Shown here: positions 28,801 through 38,482 of the stretch, one piece after another
How positions within the stretch are numbered: the first letter of the stretch is position 1
Layout of the letters: the number at the start of each line of letters is the position of its first letter
From: an uncultured bacterium
Lineage (GTDB): Bacteria > Patescibacteriota > Minisyncoccia > Phycocordibacterales > GWA1-40-21
Assembly: GCA_903831305.1 (NCBI GenBank)
Contig: CAIKXE010000004.1
Span: 83,524 to 147,523, forward strand
Direction of reading: 5' to 3'
Length of the DNA: 64,000 bases
Notes under the pieces: model-generated
What the model saw: the letters and a program-made list of their open reading frames with translations, nothing else
What the model was told of the DNA's origin: nothing
Database searches by the model: none
Program-made: the position numbers and the translations under genes

Positions 28801-29676
28801 GTGGATATTGTTCCCCAACTCATTGTAAATAGTCTCATTGCTGGATCACTCTATGCCTTGGTAGCTTTGGGTTTCAATTTTATTTATGGAGCAACCCGTT
28901 TTTTCAACTTGGCGCACGGGGCTATCGCCGTGGCGGGAGGCTATATAGTGTACTTCTTTACAAAAATGCTCGGCTGGTCAGCTATACCGTCCATCATTAT
29001 TGGTCTACTTGTTGCTGGGTTGTTAGGTTATTTATCTGAACGTTTTATCTACCGCCCCCTTCGAGCCCGTAAAAGCTCACACATGGTTCTTCTGGTAGCT
29101 TCCTTGGGTGTATTGACCGCCCTCCAAGCCATAATTGCTATGCTCTTTACTAGCCAGTTTCAGACCCTGGGCCAGATGGATAGTGTGAACCGAACTTTCA
29201 ATATCTTTGGTGGCGTGATCACGCAAATACAGCTGATTATGTTTATCTCTGTGGTGGTGGTGATGGTGGGCCTGGCCGTGATTTTGAAATTTACTTTTTT
29301 TGGCAAATCGGTTCGGGCTATCAGTGACGATGAAGAAGTGGCCAGGATGGTGGGGATAAACACTAATCAAGTAATCGGTATTGTTTTTTTTATTGGTTCA
29401 GCCTTGGCGGGTCTCTCCGGGATACTTTCGGGCTATGATACCGGACTGGAGCCCACTATGGGTATGAGCTTGCTTTTGAAAGGGGTTATTGCTTCTATTA
29501 TCGGCGGTATTGGCAATGTGTATGGGGGAGTGCTTGGGGCCTTCCTTCTAGGTTTTGTAGAAAATTTCGGCATCTGGAAAATTTCCGGTGAGTGGAAAGA
29601 TGCTATTGCCTTTGGTCTCCTCATCATTTTCCTCCTGCTCAGACCCAATGGTATTTTAGGTCAAAAGCGGTCATAG
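28801..29676 (+). CDS. livH: Branched-chain amino acid ABC transporter permease LivH
   Basis: YALVALG...NLAHG, FGKSVRAISDD and IIGGIGN motifs. Confidence 0.92.
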   Translation: MDIVPQLIVNSLIAGSLYALVALGFNFIYGATRFFNLAHGAIAVAGGYIVYFFTKMLGWSAIPSIIIGLLVAGLLGYLSERFIYRPLRARKSSHMVLLVASLGVLTALQAIIAMLFTSQFQTLGQMDSVNRTFNIFGGVITQIQLIMFISVVVVMVGLAVILKFTFFGKSVRAISDDEEVARMVGINTNQVIGIVFFIGSALAGLSGILSGYDTGLEPTMGMSLLLKGVIASIIGGIGNVYGGVLGAFLLGFVENFGIWKISGEWKDAIAFGLLIIFLLLRPNGILGQKRS

Positions 29677-29681
29677 TCTAG

Positions 29682-30494
29682 CTAATCTTTTAGTTGTTTA
29701 GAGTCCCAAGAGAGTTCAAAAATAGTTTTCATCATGTCATGTATGGCCTGATCCTCGATGATTACGCCAGTCTCATGATCCTTCTTGAAGTTAGTTATAG
29801 CTACTTTATTTGTTCCATATATTGTAATTTCTGAGGCGGAAGGAAATTTTCCCTTTTTTACAAATCGCATTTCTGGCCAAAACTTTTTATCCACATTACC
29901 ATAAAATATTTCTCTTGATTCTCTATCTTCTTTAGTATCTGGTAAAATAATGCGAGTGGTTATTCCGTTTTTGGTTTTTCTTTCTGTGTAGGATTTGAAT
30001 AAATCCTTATTGTCGGCATCAAGAAAGTTTGTAAACTCCTTACCGTTGGTGAAGTTTAACATTTCATATGGTTTCTGATTAGTGACCATATCGTCAAAGA
30101 TGTCAAAGAAGCCCTTTTTACCAGAATAATAAGTAATTTTTGCTTGGTCTTGGTTTGACGAGTAGATATTTTTTATATTTGGCAAGATTTCGGTTATCTC
30201 ACTAACAGATTCTTCTACTTGATGAAGTCTTGATTTAGTAAATTTTAAAACATTTTCCGGTTTTTCTATCTGGTAGTATATTTTATCCTTATTCATTATT
30301 TCATTGACGAGACCTTTTATGGATAGCGAGGTCAAAATATTATATGCGGTTGATCGCCGTATCCCTGCGTATTTGGCGATTCGGGAAGGGAAGGCTTCCC
30401 TCAGTTCCAGAACAGAAACGTATACCAGAGACTCTTTGTCAGTCAGGCCAGACTTCATTAGTTTTTTTATTAGCCCGATATTCTTTATTTCCAT
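29682..30494 (-). CDS. TrmB-family transcriptional regulator
   Basis: GLTDKESLVYVSVL wHTH, GIRRSTAY and C-terminal IYGTNKVAI...IIED; divergent from an SBP gene. Confidence 0.88.
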   Translation of the reverse strand: MEIKNIGLIKKLMKSGLTDKESLVYVSVLELREAFPSRIAKYAGIRRSTAYNILTSLSIKGLVNEIMNKDKIYYQIEKPENVLKFTKSRLHQVEESVSEITEILPNIKNIYSSNQDQAKITYYSGKKGFFDIFDDMVTNQKPYEMLNFTNGKEFTNFLDADNKDLFKSYTERKTKNGITTRIILPDTKEDRESREIFYGNVDKKFWPEMRFVKKGKFPSASEITIYGTNKVAITNFKKDHETGVIIEDQAIHDMMKTIFELSWDSKQLKD

Positions 30495-30689
30495 AGTTTA
30501 ATAGTAACAGATGTGTGTAAACTGTCAATGTAAACCGACAGTCTCTGTATAATTCTACAATAGACTTCTATTTAGTCATATTTATAGTTTGGAGTGTCAA
30601 TCATTACACACATATTCTTAGTATGTGGTAGTCTTTTTGATAGAAGGTCTAGGTTATGACCTTCTATTTTAATCAATAATTTAAAAAAA

Positions 30690-31805
30690 ATGGAAAAAAT
30701 AAATAAGAAATGGTTAGTAAAAATTATTGTTTTGGTTTTAGTTATAATATTTGTCGGTTTAGCTTTTGGAATGACTAGGCCGGTTGCTAATAAATCAGTG
30801 AAAGTTGGGGTAATTTTACCCTTGACTGGGGCCGCCGCTGATTATGGGCAGGCCACAAAAAAGGGTATTATCTTGGCGGTGGCTAAGACTTTGAAGAATG
30901 ACAATATTAATCTGGAAGTTATATATGAAGATAGCCAGGCTGATCCAAAGTTAGCCGTTAGTGCTATGAAAAAATTGGTGAATATTGATAAAGTAAAATA
31001 TGTTATTGGCTTTACTAGCGGGGAAACTTTAGCTATTTGTTCTATCGCGGATACTAATAAGGTTATATTGCTTGGAACTGCCACCAGCCCTGATATCACG
31101 ACGAAGTGCGGGGATTATACTTTTAGGAACTCACCGTCTGATACTTATCAGGGTAAGGTTTTAGCAGACAAGGTTTTTGCTATGGGTTATAAAAATGTTG
31201 CTATTTTTTATATTAACAATGATTACGGAGTTGGTTTGAAAGATAAATTTATAAAGGATTTTGAGGGAACAATTACAAATGTGGAGTCACACAAGCCTAA
31301 TGATACGGACTTTAGAACTCAGCTGATGAAGATAAAAGCAAACAATCCCGAGGCAGTTGTTCTCATTTCCCATCTGGCCGAGGGATCAATAATCCTCAAA
31401 CAGCAGGTGGAGTTAGGGCTGGCCAAGCCTGTATTTTCTTCGGAGTCTTTGAAGGACTCCGCCGTATTCAAGCTTAGTAAGCTTTCATTAGAAAGATTAT
31501 ATATTAGCTTCATTAGCCAATACGAGGGTCCGGAATTTAAGGAGTACAAGGATAGTTATACAAAAGCTTATGGTTCGGAGTTTGGTATCTATTCAGATTA
31601 TCAGTATGATAATATTTTAACTATAGTTAATGCTCTAAAGATTTGTAAAGATGGAAGTGATATTGAGTGTGTAAAGAAAGAAATTTACAGAACTAATATA
31701 ATTGGTGCTACGGGCCGTATAAACTTTGACAGCAATGGTGATCGAGTTGATAAAGATTATTTTCTATATAAGGTACAGGATAATACTTTTGTTCCACTAG
31801 ATTAG
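30690..31805 (+). CDS. ABC transporter substrate-binding protein (LivJ/LivK type)
   Basis: N-terminal anchor; VKVGVILPLTG, EDSQADPK, DFRTQLMKIK and GATGRINFDSNGDR. Confidence 0.92.
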   Translation: MEKINKKWLVKIIVLVLVIIFVGLAFGMTRPVANKSVKVGVILPLTGAAADYGQATKKGIILAVAKTLKNDNINLEVIYEDSQADPKLAVSAMKKLVNIDKVKYVIGFTSGETLAICSIADTNKVILLGTATSPDITTKCGDYTFRNSPSDTYQGKVLADKVFAMGYKNVAIFYINNDYGVGLKDKFIKDFEGTITNVESHKPNDTDFRTQLMKIKANNPEAVVLISHLAEGSIILKQQVELGLAKPVFSSESLKDSAVFKLSKLSLERLYISFISQYEGPEFKEYKDSYTKAYGSEFGIYSDYQYDNILTIVNALKICKDGSDIECVKKEIYRTNIIGATGRINFDSNGDRVDKDYFLYKVQDNTFVPLD

Positions 31806-31815
31806 TCTTGCAACC

Positions 31816-32562
31816 TTAATCCTCCGTGGAGATATTCCACAAAATATTGAACAGGGCTAGGATGGTTTGGCTAAACTCGGGGCTCTCAATCACAAAGCCA
31901 AAATTTCCCCTTTCGGTAAAGATGATCGCTACCTTTTGCCCGATGACACAGATGGTATCTGGGATGAAGACCCCTTTAGGGGCATAGCGTATTTCCCGTA
32001 GCATTTCTGTGGCGCCACTGATAAGTGGTTCAGTGGGCTGATCCTCGCGCATACGGACATTTTTTACTTTGATCCTTTTGGCGATTCGGCGCCTGGCATA
32101 ATCCTTGAGGAAGTCATCACCGACGGTTTGCACCCGGGAAGCATTAGAGCTGACGTAATACATGGTTTTACTTCTGGTGGTCAGTGTTTCCTCAAAGATA
32201 TTTTGCATCCCTTTTTGCCCAAAATAATATTTCATCTTTGGTTTTTCTTGGTCCGGTGAGATCATAGCAGACAAAGCGGGGACTACTTGCTCAGCGTATT
32301 TTAAATTATTTTTAGCTTGGCGGATAAAGGCCGTAGGGGATTCTACTTTGTATTGCTTTTTCTTTTCTGTCAGCACCATGGTAATCAAGCCACGTCTGAT
32401 GAGCTCATCTAAGATAAGGTAACAAGTGGGCCTCTTTAGCCCGGATTTGGCCGCCACTTCCAGGACAGTAAAGGACACTAGCTCCAAGGCGGCCAGGTAT
32501 AGCCGGGCTTCCTTGTCACCGAGGCCTAATAGTTCTAATTGTTTCTCCTTTATCATTGCCAC
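31816..32562 (-). CDS. TrmB-family transcriptional regulator
   Basis: LGLGDKEARLYLAAL, GLKRPTCY and GFVIES motifs; divergent from an SBP gene. Confidence 0.88.
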   Translation of the reverse strand: MAMIKEKQLELLGLGDKEARLYLAALELVSFTVLEVAAKSGLKRPTCYLILDELIRRGLITMVLTEKKKQYKVESPTAFIRQAKNNLKYAEQVVPALSAMISPDQEKPKMKYYFGQKGMQNIFEETLTTRSKTMYYVSSNASRVQTVGDDFLKDYARRRIAKRIKVKNVRMREDQPTEPLISGATEMLREIRYAPKGVFIPDTICVIGQKVAIIFTERGNFGFVIESPEFSQTILALFNILWNISTED

Positions 32563-32587
32563 CCTATTATAACAGAGCCAAGTATGT

Positions 32588-32604
32588 TGTCAAATTTATT
32601 GACA
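32588..32604. promoter_or_regulatory. TGTCA-N7-TGACA palindrome (probable TrmB operator)
   Basis: TGTCAAATTTATTGACA in the divergent intergenic region. Confidence 0.6.
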
Positions 32605-32731
32605 TTTATCTACATACCTTAATATACGGCTATATGTAAGAATATTATGTAATATATAGTTTAAATTGTTTGACGTATTTTGGTCTTGTGATACAATAAT
32701 TCTGTTAGTTTATTAATTATCAATTAATCAT

Positions 32732-33856
32732 ATGAAAAAAATATACATATATTTAGGTTTAGTTGTTATTGTGCTTGCGGGGGCGGTTATGGTTTCTAGA
32801 AATCAAACCACACTTGGGCCGGTCAAGATCGGCGTTATCGGTCCAGTGACTGGTAGCTCCGCTGGGGTTTATTATGAGCCATTGAAAAAGGGGATTGATA
32901 TTGCTCTGGCGGGGATAAACAAGAGTGGTACTAAATTAGCGGTGGTGTATGAGGATGATCAGCTAGATGGTAAATTATCAGTTTCGGCCTATGCTAAATT
33001 AAAAGCAGAAGGTGTGCGGTACTTTATCCTAAACGGTAGTCCAGCGGCGGCCGCCGTCGCTCCACTGATCAAGGCTGATGGAAACGTGTCCATGGTGCCC
33101 TCAGCCCTCCTGACGGCTTACAAGGATGATAGCCCTCTGACTTGCCGTATTGCTCTGACCGCTGACAATTATGGTCCAGCTTTCACTGATTTGTTCTTAA
33201 ATAAATTAGATAAGAAGCAAATAGTCACCTTGGTTTCAAATACCGAGGGGGCGATGGCTATCTATAATGTATTCAAGGAAAAGTTTGAGGCCGCAGGCGG
33301 GCAGATAGTCCAGGCGGAAACCTTTGGCAAGGATGACATTGATTTCCGTACCCAGATTACTAAAATCAAAGCTAATAAAAAAGCCGAAGCGATTGTGGTT
33401 ATAAACTGGTCAAGCACTATTGTACCTATGCTTACTCAGATAAAAGAACTTGGCCTGACCTTACCGATCTTTGGTGACACGGGGACAATCAAGAATGCGG
33501 CTATCAAGGATTTGACTCTGGCTAACGGAATTACTTTCTTGGACTATTCTTTCACCACTGATGGTAACAATGTTTCAGGCATTGCTCAGAAATTTATCAG
33601 TGATTATGCTTCCTTAAATGGTGGAAGCAAGCCGAGTATCCAAGCCCTCCAAGGTCATGACTCTGTAAGTATCCTGGCTCATGCTCTTGCTCAGGCTGAT
33701 GCTAAGAACCCAACCAGTGTGGCAAACTATATTGTAAATAATATTAAGGATTATGAGCTGGCCGGTGGTAAATTCTCCTTCAACAGTACCTGTGAAGCTG
33801 ATAGAGATATTGCCGTCAGACAAGTGGTAAACGGGGAGATTGTAGATGTAAAATAA
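32732..33856 (+). CDS. ABC transporter substrate-binding protein (LivJ/LivK type)
   Basis: VKIGVIGPVTG, YEDDQLD and DFRTQITKIK; followed by a terminator (33875-33909). Confidence 0.9.
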   Translation: MKKIYIYLGLVVIVLAGAVMVSRNQTTLGPVKIGVIGPVTGSSAGVYYEPLKKGIDIALAGINKSGTKLAVVYEDDQLDGKLSVSAYAKLKAEGVRYFILNGSPAAAAVAPLIKADGNVSMVPSALLTAYKDDSPLTCRIALTADNYGPAFTDLFLNKLDKKQIVTLVSNTEGAMAIYNVFKEKFEAAGGQIVQAETFGKDDIDFRTQITKIKANKKAEAIVVINWSSTIVPMLTQIKELGLTLPIFGDTGTIKNAAIKDLTLANGITFLDYSFTTDGNNVSGIAQKFISDYASLNGGSKPSIQALQGHDSVSILAHALAQADAKNPTSVANYIVNNIKDYELAGGKFSFNSTCEADRDIAVRQVVNGEIVDVK

Positions 33857-34022
33857 AGATTATTAATAATTAATCACCAAAATAGCCCTAAACCAGGGCT
33901 ATTTTGGTGTCAGAAAAAGTGCTTGACAAATAGTCCATACTATGCTAGTGTTATAGGTAGATCGATCCACCGTAATTCGCGTCCCATATCGGGGTGCGAC
34001 GGGGATCAAGGGAGATATCGGG

Positions 34023-34394
34023 ATGAAGAAGATCATTGGTATGCTGGTGGCTGTCGCGGTCGTGGCGTTGTTTGCCACGGGGTGCGCGTCGCTCACTCGG
34101 GATCCGAACCGTGGGCGGGGCGTGGAGTATTCGGAGAAGATCCTCCGGCCGACGGGCGACGTCCCGAAGATCGGGACCGTGATCCACGTGATCGCGATTC
34201 TGAATCGGGAGGTGGAGTCTCAGGTCATCTGGACCGAGATGCCCACTGACTACGCCATGTTCCCGAAAGTTCGGGTCATGACGGTCAAGGGGTTTCGCGC
34301 CTGGTCGGAGGGTGTGGGTGACGAGAGAGACTCGTTGTGCATGGTCCAGTACGATAGTGAGACCAGCATACGCCTCATCCTCATGAAGGACTGA
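34023..34394 (+). CDS. Hypothetical lipoprotein (GC-rich)
   Basis: MKK + hydrophobic stretch + FATGC lipobox; upstream TTGACA-17-TAGTGT promoter (33923-33951) and AGGGAG SD. Confidence 0.75.
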   Translation: MKKIIGMLVAVAVVALFATGCASLTRDPNRGRGVEYSEKILRPTGDVPKIGTVIHVIAILNREVESQVIWTEMPTDYAMFPKVRVMTVKGFRAWSEGVGDERDSLCMVQYDSETSIRLILMKD

Positions 34395-34461
34395 CCACCC
34401 GAGTTTGTGGGTTAACTCTGACAACTCATATGGTCCTGAGGCGCCATTGTAAAAAGCCTCA

Positions 34462-34510
34462 CTGTCTCACGATGTGTGTCGTGACTGATAAGTCCAAAAG
34501 GACGAAACAG
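34462..34510 (+). ncRNA. Type III hammerhead ribozyme-like motif (core variant CUGAUAA)
   Basis: CTGTC^ TCACGA-TGTGTG-TCGTGA CTGATAA GTCC-AAAA-GGAC GAAA CAG: stems III, I and II, a GUC triplet and GAAA are present. Confidence 0.75.
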
Positions 34511-34564
34511 AAAAGTTCTTTGAGAGGTAAGTAAGCGGGGTAAATCCCCAGAAAGAGAGAGACA

Positions 34565-35404
34565 ATGAATACGGAAACGAAGAATGGTCGGCCGGTGAAG
34601 GTTCATTTGGCCATGAGGGACGGTCCAGTTCCCAGGTCGATCAGGCAAGTTCTGCCGATCGTCGGGGATGAGGCCTCCCACACTTACGTGGAGGTCCAAG
34701 CCGAGGCAGACCTCGTCATCTTTGACGAGGTGCGGGAGATCGAACGGGGATACGACAAGGAGAAATCCTACGCGTTCCTGCAGATGCCCGGAGTGAAGGT
34801 TCCGCGTCTGCCGGATAACTGCGAGGTCATCAACCCCCTGCAGATCTTGCCGGGCTTGATCGGGTCCATCAGTAAGGCTCGTTTGAGACTTCCCCCGCCC
34901 GCCATGTCGGCCGTGGAAGAAGAGGAAGAGACGACTGTGTCTTTACTCCCCGACGCCCTGCGTATCCTCGTCATTGAGGATACGCCGCGGCACCAGGCGA
35001 GTGCTAAGCAAGGTCTGGCCGGACACCGACTCATGGTAGCCACGGGGTACGAGGAAGCGATGGAGGTTCTCGGCAACGAGAAGTTCGACGTCGTCCTCAC
35101 GGACCTGCAACTACCCATGTCCTCGCGCACGCTCGGTACCGAAGCGTTCAAGCTCGGTCAGCTGGTGCCTTATGGCCTCATGCTCATGATCGAGGCGGCG
35201 CACCAGGGGGCGAGACATGTGGCGGTCGTCACAGACATGAACCATCACGCGGACTGGCTATCGGCAGCATTCGATCACTTCCGCTACTCGGTGAAAATCG
35301 AGGGAGCGGTCGTGCAGATGATGCACGCGCCGATGAAGCGGGACGCGTCTGGTGAGTCCGTCAAGGACTGGGTCGCCGCCCTTGACCGGCTCCTGAAAGA
35401 GTAG
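34565..35404 (+). CDS. Response-regulator receiver-domain protein (GC-rich)
   Basis: C-terminal ILVIED...ATGYEEA...FDVVLTDLQLP; the canonical Lys is not evident; no output domain. Confidence 0.8.
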   Translation: MNTETKNGRPVKVHLAMRDGPVPRSIRQVLPIVGDEASHTYVEVQAEADLVIFDEVREIERGYDKEKSYAFLQMPGVKVPRLPDNCEVINPLQILPGLIGSISKARLRLPPPAMSAVEEEEETTVSLLPDALRILVIEDTPRHQASAKQGLAGHRLMVATGYEEAMEVLGNEKFDVVLTDLQLPMSSRTLGTEAFKLGQLVPYGLMLMIEAAHQGARHVAVVTDMNHHADWLSAAFDHFRYSVKIEGAVVQMMHAPMKRDASGESVKDWVAALDRLLKE

Positions 35405-35615
35405 CTCTTAACCTAAAGCGCGGATATAATCCGCCAAGTGACCTGACATGTTACAGACAACTGTCAACGGGCCCGGACTGCAACACGCAGTTCCGGGCCT
35501 TTAAACTTGTCTGAATTTCAAAATAAGGTGTGGATTATAAATAAGCGGTCGCGTTCTTATATTCCACCCCTAAACAGGGTTTTTGTTTTGGAAAAATTTA
35601 AGGTATAATTTCTCC

Positions 35616-36482
35616 GTGGAATATTTAATACACCTTGCCATACTCTTTGCTATCTACGTGCCACTGGCGGTGTCACTAAATTTGGTGGTGGGGTATACTG
35701 GACTGCTCTCTGTCACTCACGCGGCCTTTTATGGTGTGGGGGCTTATGCCACTACTCTGCTTGTGGTAAATTTTGGTTGGGGCTTTATCCCGGCTTTGCT
35801 TGTGGCCATGATCCTCTCCGGCCTCCTGGCCACTCTCTTTGGCTTGATCCTCAGCCGTTTCCGAGATGATTATTATGCCTTGGTCTCTTTTGGTTTCAAC
35901 ATTATCGTTTACAGTATTTTATTAAACTGGGAGAGCTTGACCCGTGGCCCCCTAGGGATCCCTGGTATTCCTCGGCCAGAAATATTTGGTCTGACTTTTG
36001 ATTCAAATTTATCATTCTTGATTTTAGCCTTGGCTCTGGCTCTCACGGTCTACCTGGTTTCAGCGGGCATTGTAAAATCATCCCTTGGCCGAGTGCTCAA
36101 AGGGATAAGAGAAGATGAAAAGGTGCTCGCTATCTTTGGTTACAATACCGAGGTTTTCAAGCTGGTCATCTTTGGCCTGACCGCGATGATGGCGGGGCTC
36201 GCGGGTGGTCTCTTTGCTACTTATATTACTTTTATTGACCCTTCCACTTTTGGCCTGAATGAAAGTATTTTTATCCTGGCTATGATTATCCTGGGTGGTA
36301 TGGCTAATCTCCGGGGGTCCGTCATCGGCGCTCTGTTCCTAATCCTCCTGCCGGAAATTCTGCGTTTTGTGGGCTTCCCCTCAGACATCGCGGCCCAGAT
36401 GCGCCAAGTGGTGTATGGGGCTCTCTTGGTCTTGCTTATGTTATATCGTCCCCAAGGATTGCTAGGGGAGTATAAACTGTGA
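35616..36482 (+). CDS. livM: Branched-chain amino acid ABC transporter permease LivM
   Basis: SLNLVVGYTGLLS, FYGVGAY, LTRGPLG, GIRED and YRPQGLLG; GTG start 6 nt after TATAAT. Confidence 0.92.
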   Translation: MEYLIHLAILFAIYVPLAVSLNLVVGYTGLLSVTHAAFYGVGAYATTLLVVNFGWGFIPALLVAMILSGLLATLFGLILSRFRDDYYALVSFGFNIIVYSILLNWESLTRGPLGIPGIPRPEIFGLTFDSNLSFLILALALALTVYLVSAGIVKSSLGRVLKGIREDEKVLAIFGYNTEVFKLVIFGLTAMMAGLAGGLFATYITFIDPSTFGLNESIFILAMIILGGMANLRGSVIGALFLILLPEILRFVGFPSDIAAQMRQVVYGALLVLLMLYRPQGLLGEYKL

Positions 36483-36526
36483 TATTCTTTAAATAGTAAT
36501 TTATTAATAATTCTTAAAAAAAACTC

Positions 36527-36697
36527 ATGAAAAAGTGGCTTTGGATTGCTCTGATTATCGTGGTGGTGGCTATTATCGGCGCGGGGATGAATAAGGGGAA
36601 GGATACTACAAATATCAAAGTAGGGGCTACCCTCTCTCTTACGGGCAGTTTAGCCTCAATTGGTAAATCAGAAATGATTGCTAGATTGGCAATTTAG
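36527..36697 (+). pseudogene. Truncated LivJ/K-type SBP (56 aa remnant)
   Basis: MKKWLWIALIIVVVAIIGAGMNKGKDTTNIKVGATLSLTGSLASIGK matches the N-termini of the three intact SBPs, then stops. Confidence 0.75.
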
Positions 36698-36767
36698 TAA
36701 TTATGTTTGAATTTTATCAAGGCAAAAAATCCCTCCCAAACGGGGGATTTTTTGCTATACTGTATAG

Positions 36768-37520
36768 GTGACTATATTGCGAACACAAAATATTCATAAA
36801 AACTTTGGTGGGGTGAAGGCGGTGGACGGAGTCTCTATTGCTTTCGAGCCGGGGAAAATCACGGGGTTGATAGGGCCGAATGGCTCCGGTAAGTCTACCC
36901 TGATAAACCTTTTGACCGGTATGACTGCCTTTGATAACGGCCTTATTTATATTGGGGAGCATACCCGGCTGGATCATATACACCCTTATGACTTGCCAGA
37001 CTTTGGCATCACCCGGACCTTTCAGGATATCCGCCTGTTTGAACAGATGCCGGTTTTAGATAATATCTTGATTGTGATTACTTCCCGGAATGTGCTCGGC
37101 GCCCTTTTTGAAAAGCATAAAAAGTATCATTTAGATATTGCGGAGAAGGTGCTCCGGCAAGTGGGCTTGTGGGAGAAGAGAGACTGTTTGGCTCATGATT
37201 TGTCATATGGGCAGAGAAAGCTTTTGGAGATTGCTCGGGTACTTGCCCTAAATGAAGATGGTGGTGAGGTGCTCCACACTATTTTATTTGACGAACCGTT
37301 TGCTGGCCTATTTCCGGAGATGATAAAGATCGTTTCAGAGACCCTGTGCCTCCTGCGGTCTCAAGGCAAGACGGTGGTACTGGTGGAGCATAATATGGAT
37401 ATTATCCGGGAATTATCTGATCACGTTATCGTTCTGGATAGTGGCCAGGTGATAGCCGAGGGGACACCGGCCCACGCCCTCTCTCAGGCGAGCGTCATCG
37501 AGGCGTATTTGGGAAAATAG
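36768..37520 (+). CDS. livG: Branched-chain amino acid ABC transporter ATPase LivG
   Basis: GPNGSGKST, RTFQ, LSYGQRKLLEIAR, DEP, VEHNM and EAYLG motifs. Confidence 0.92.
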   Translation: MTILRTQNIHKNFGGVKAVDGVSIAFEPGKITGLIGPNGSGKSTLINLLTGMTAFDNGLIYIGEHTRLDHIHPYDLPDFGITRTFQDIRLFEQMPVLDNILIVITSRNVLGALFEKHKKYHLDIAEKVLRQVGLWEKRDCLAHDLSYGQRKLLEIARVLALNEDGGEVLHTILFDEPFAGLFPEMIKIVSETLCLLRSQGKTVVLVEHNMDIIRELSDHVIVLDSGQVIAEGTPAHALSQASVIEAYLGK

Positions 37521-37521
37521 T

Positions 37522-38262
37522 TTATTTCTCCTCAGGGATCATCTCCCACATCACTTCAAATATTTGTTTTATGGCATCATGGATTTTTGAACTTTCAATT
37601 ATTATTCCCAGGCGGTCATCATAGTTTAAAATAGCCGTTTTATTTTTACCATACAAGAGTATCTCATTCTCCAGATTAAACTTTTTAGAATCCAAGGTCC
37701 GAGATTTGCGTAACTGCTCGCTATTTTTGAGAATATACGGTTTTAGCTCCTGGCTGTCTGGTAGGATAGCGCGGATCCAGATGTTTTTCTTTTGCCTTTC
37801 CGGAATATAATATTTTTCCTGAAAGGATTCACTACCAACTGAAGAGGAAGCGGAGAACCAGGATTGGATCTCTTGGTTTGGAGTAGAAAGTGTTTCTCGG
37901 TAGGCCTCCTTTATGCCATCTTCACCTTCAAAATACCGGACAGACGGTTTTTTATCAATCGCTGATCCCAGGGATAAAAGGCTGGCCATATTTTGTTCCA
38001 GTTCTTTTTTATTTTCATCCAGGATCGCTAGAATCACTTTAGGGCTCTGAGCATTATAATATTTCAAATTCCGCCTTTCTGATTGACTGACCAATCCCTT
38101 TTTTATCAAGTTTTCAAGCTCCATATAAGTAGTGGGCCTTTTTATGCCGGACTTTTGGGCAATGCGGGAAGCGGTGGTTTCTCCAAGCTCATAACTGGCT
38201 AGGTAAACTGAGGCCTCCTTAGGGGAGAGGCCAGCCTTAATCAAGGTGTCTAAATGGTTCAT
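37522..38262 (-). CDS. TrmB-family transcriptional regulator
   Basis: GLSPKEASVYLA, GIKRPTTY and RYFEGEDGI motifs; divergent from an SBP gene. Confidence 0.88.
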   Translation of the reverse strand: MNHLDTLIKAGLSPKEASVYLASYELGETTASRIAQKSGIKRPTTYMELENLIKKGLVSQSERRNLKYYNAQSPKVILAILDENKKELEQNMASLLSLGSAIDKKPSVRYFEGEDGIKEAYRETLSTPNQEIQSWFSASSSVGSESFQEKYYIPERQKKNIWIRAILPDSQELKPYILKNSEQLRKSRTLDSKKFNLENEILLYGKNKTAILNYDDRLGIIIESSKIHDAIKQIFEVMWEMIPEEK

Positions 38263-38283
38263 AATTTATTTTAAATATTACTT

Positions 38284-38395
38284 TGTCAGTAAAATTGACA
38301 ACAGTGTAATAATAGTAATCTTCTATTAGTTTGTCAAGAATAATAAGGATATTTATTAACACGCTCATTTTCATAAAGTGTCAATTTGTATGACT
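38284..38395. promoter_or_regulatory. Two TGTCA-N7-TGAC(A/T) palindromes (probable TrmB operators)
   Basis: TGTCAGTAAAATTGACA (38284-38300) and TGTCAATTTGTATGACT (38379-38395). Confidence 0.6.
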
Positions 38396-38482
38396 ATGTT
38401 GTTATATATTCTCTAGAGTGTATAATATATGGAGATATAAGGTTAATCCTTTTATTTTATTAGTAGTTAATTTTTAAAAAAT

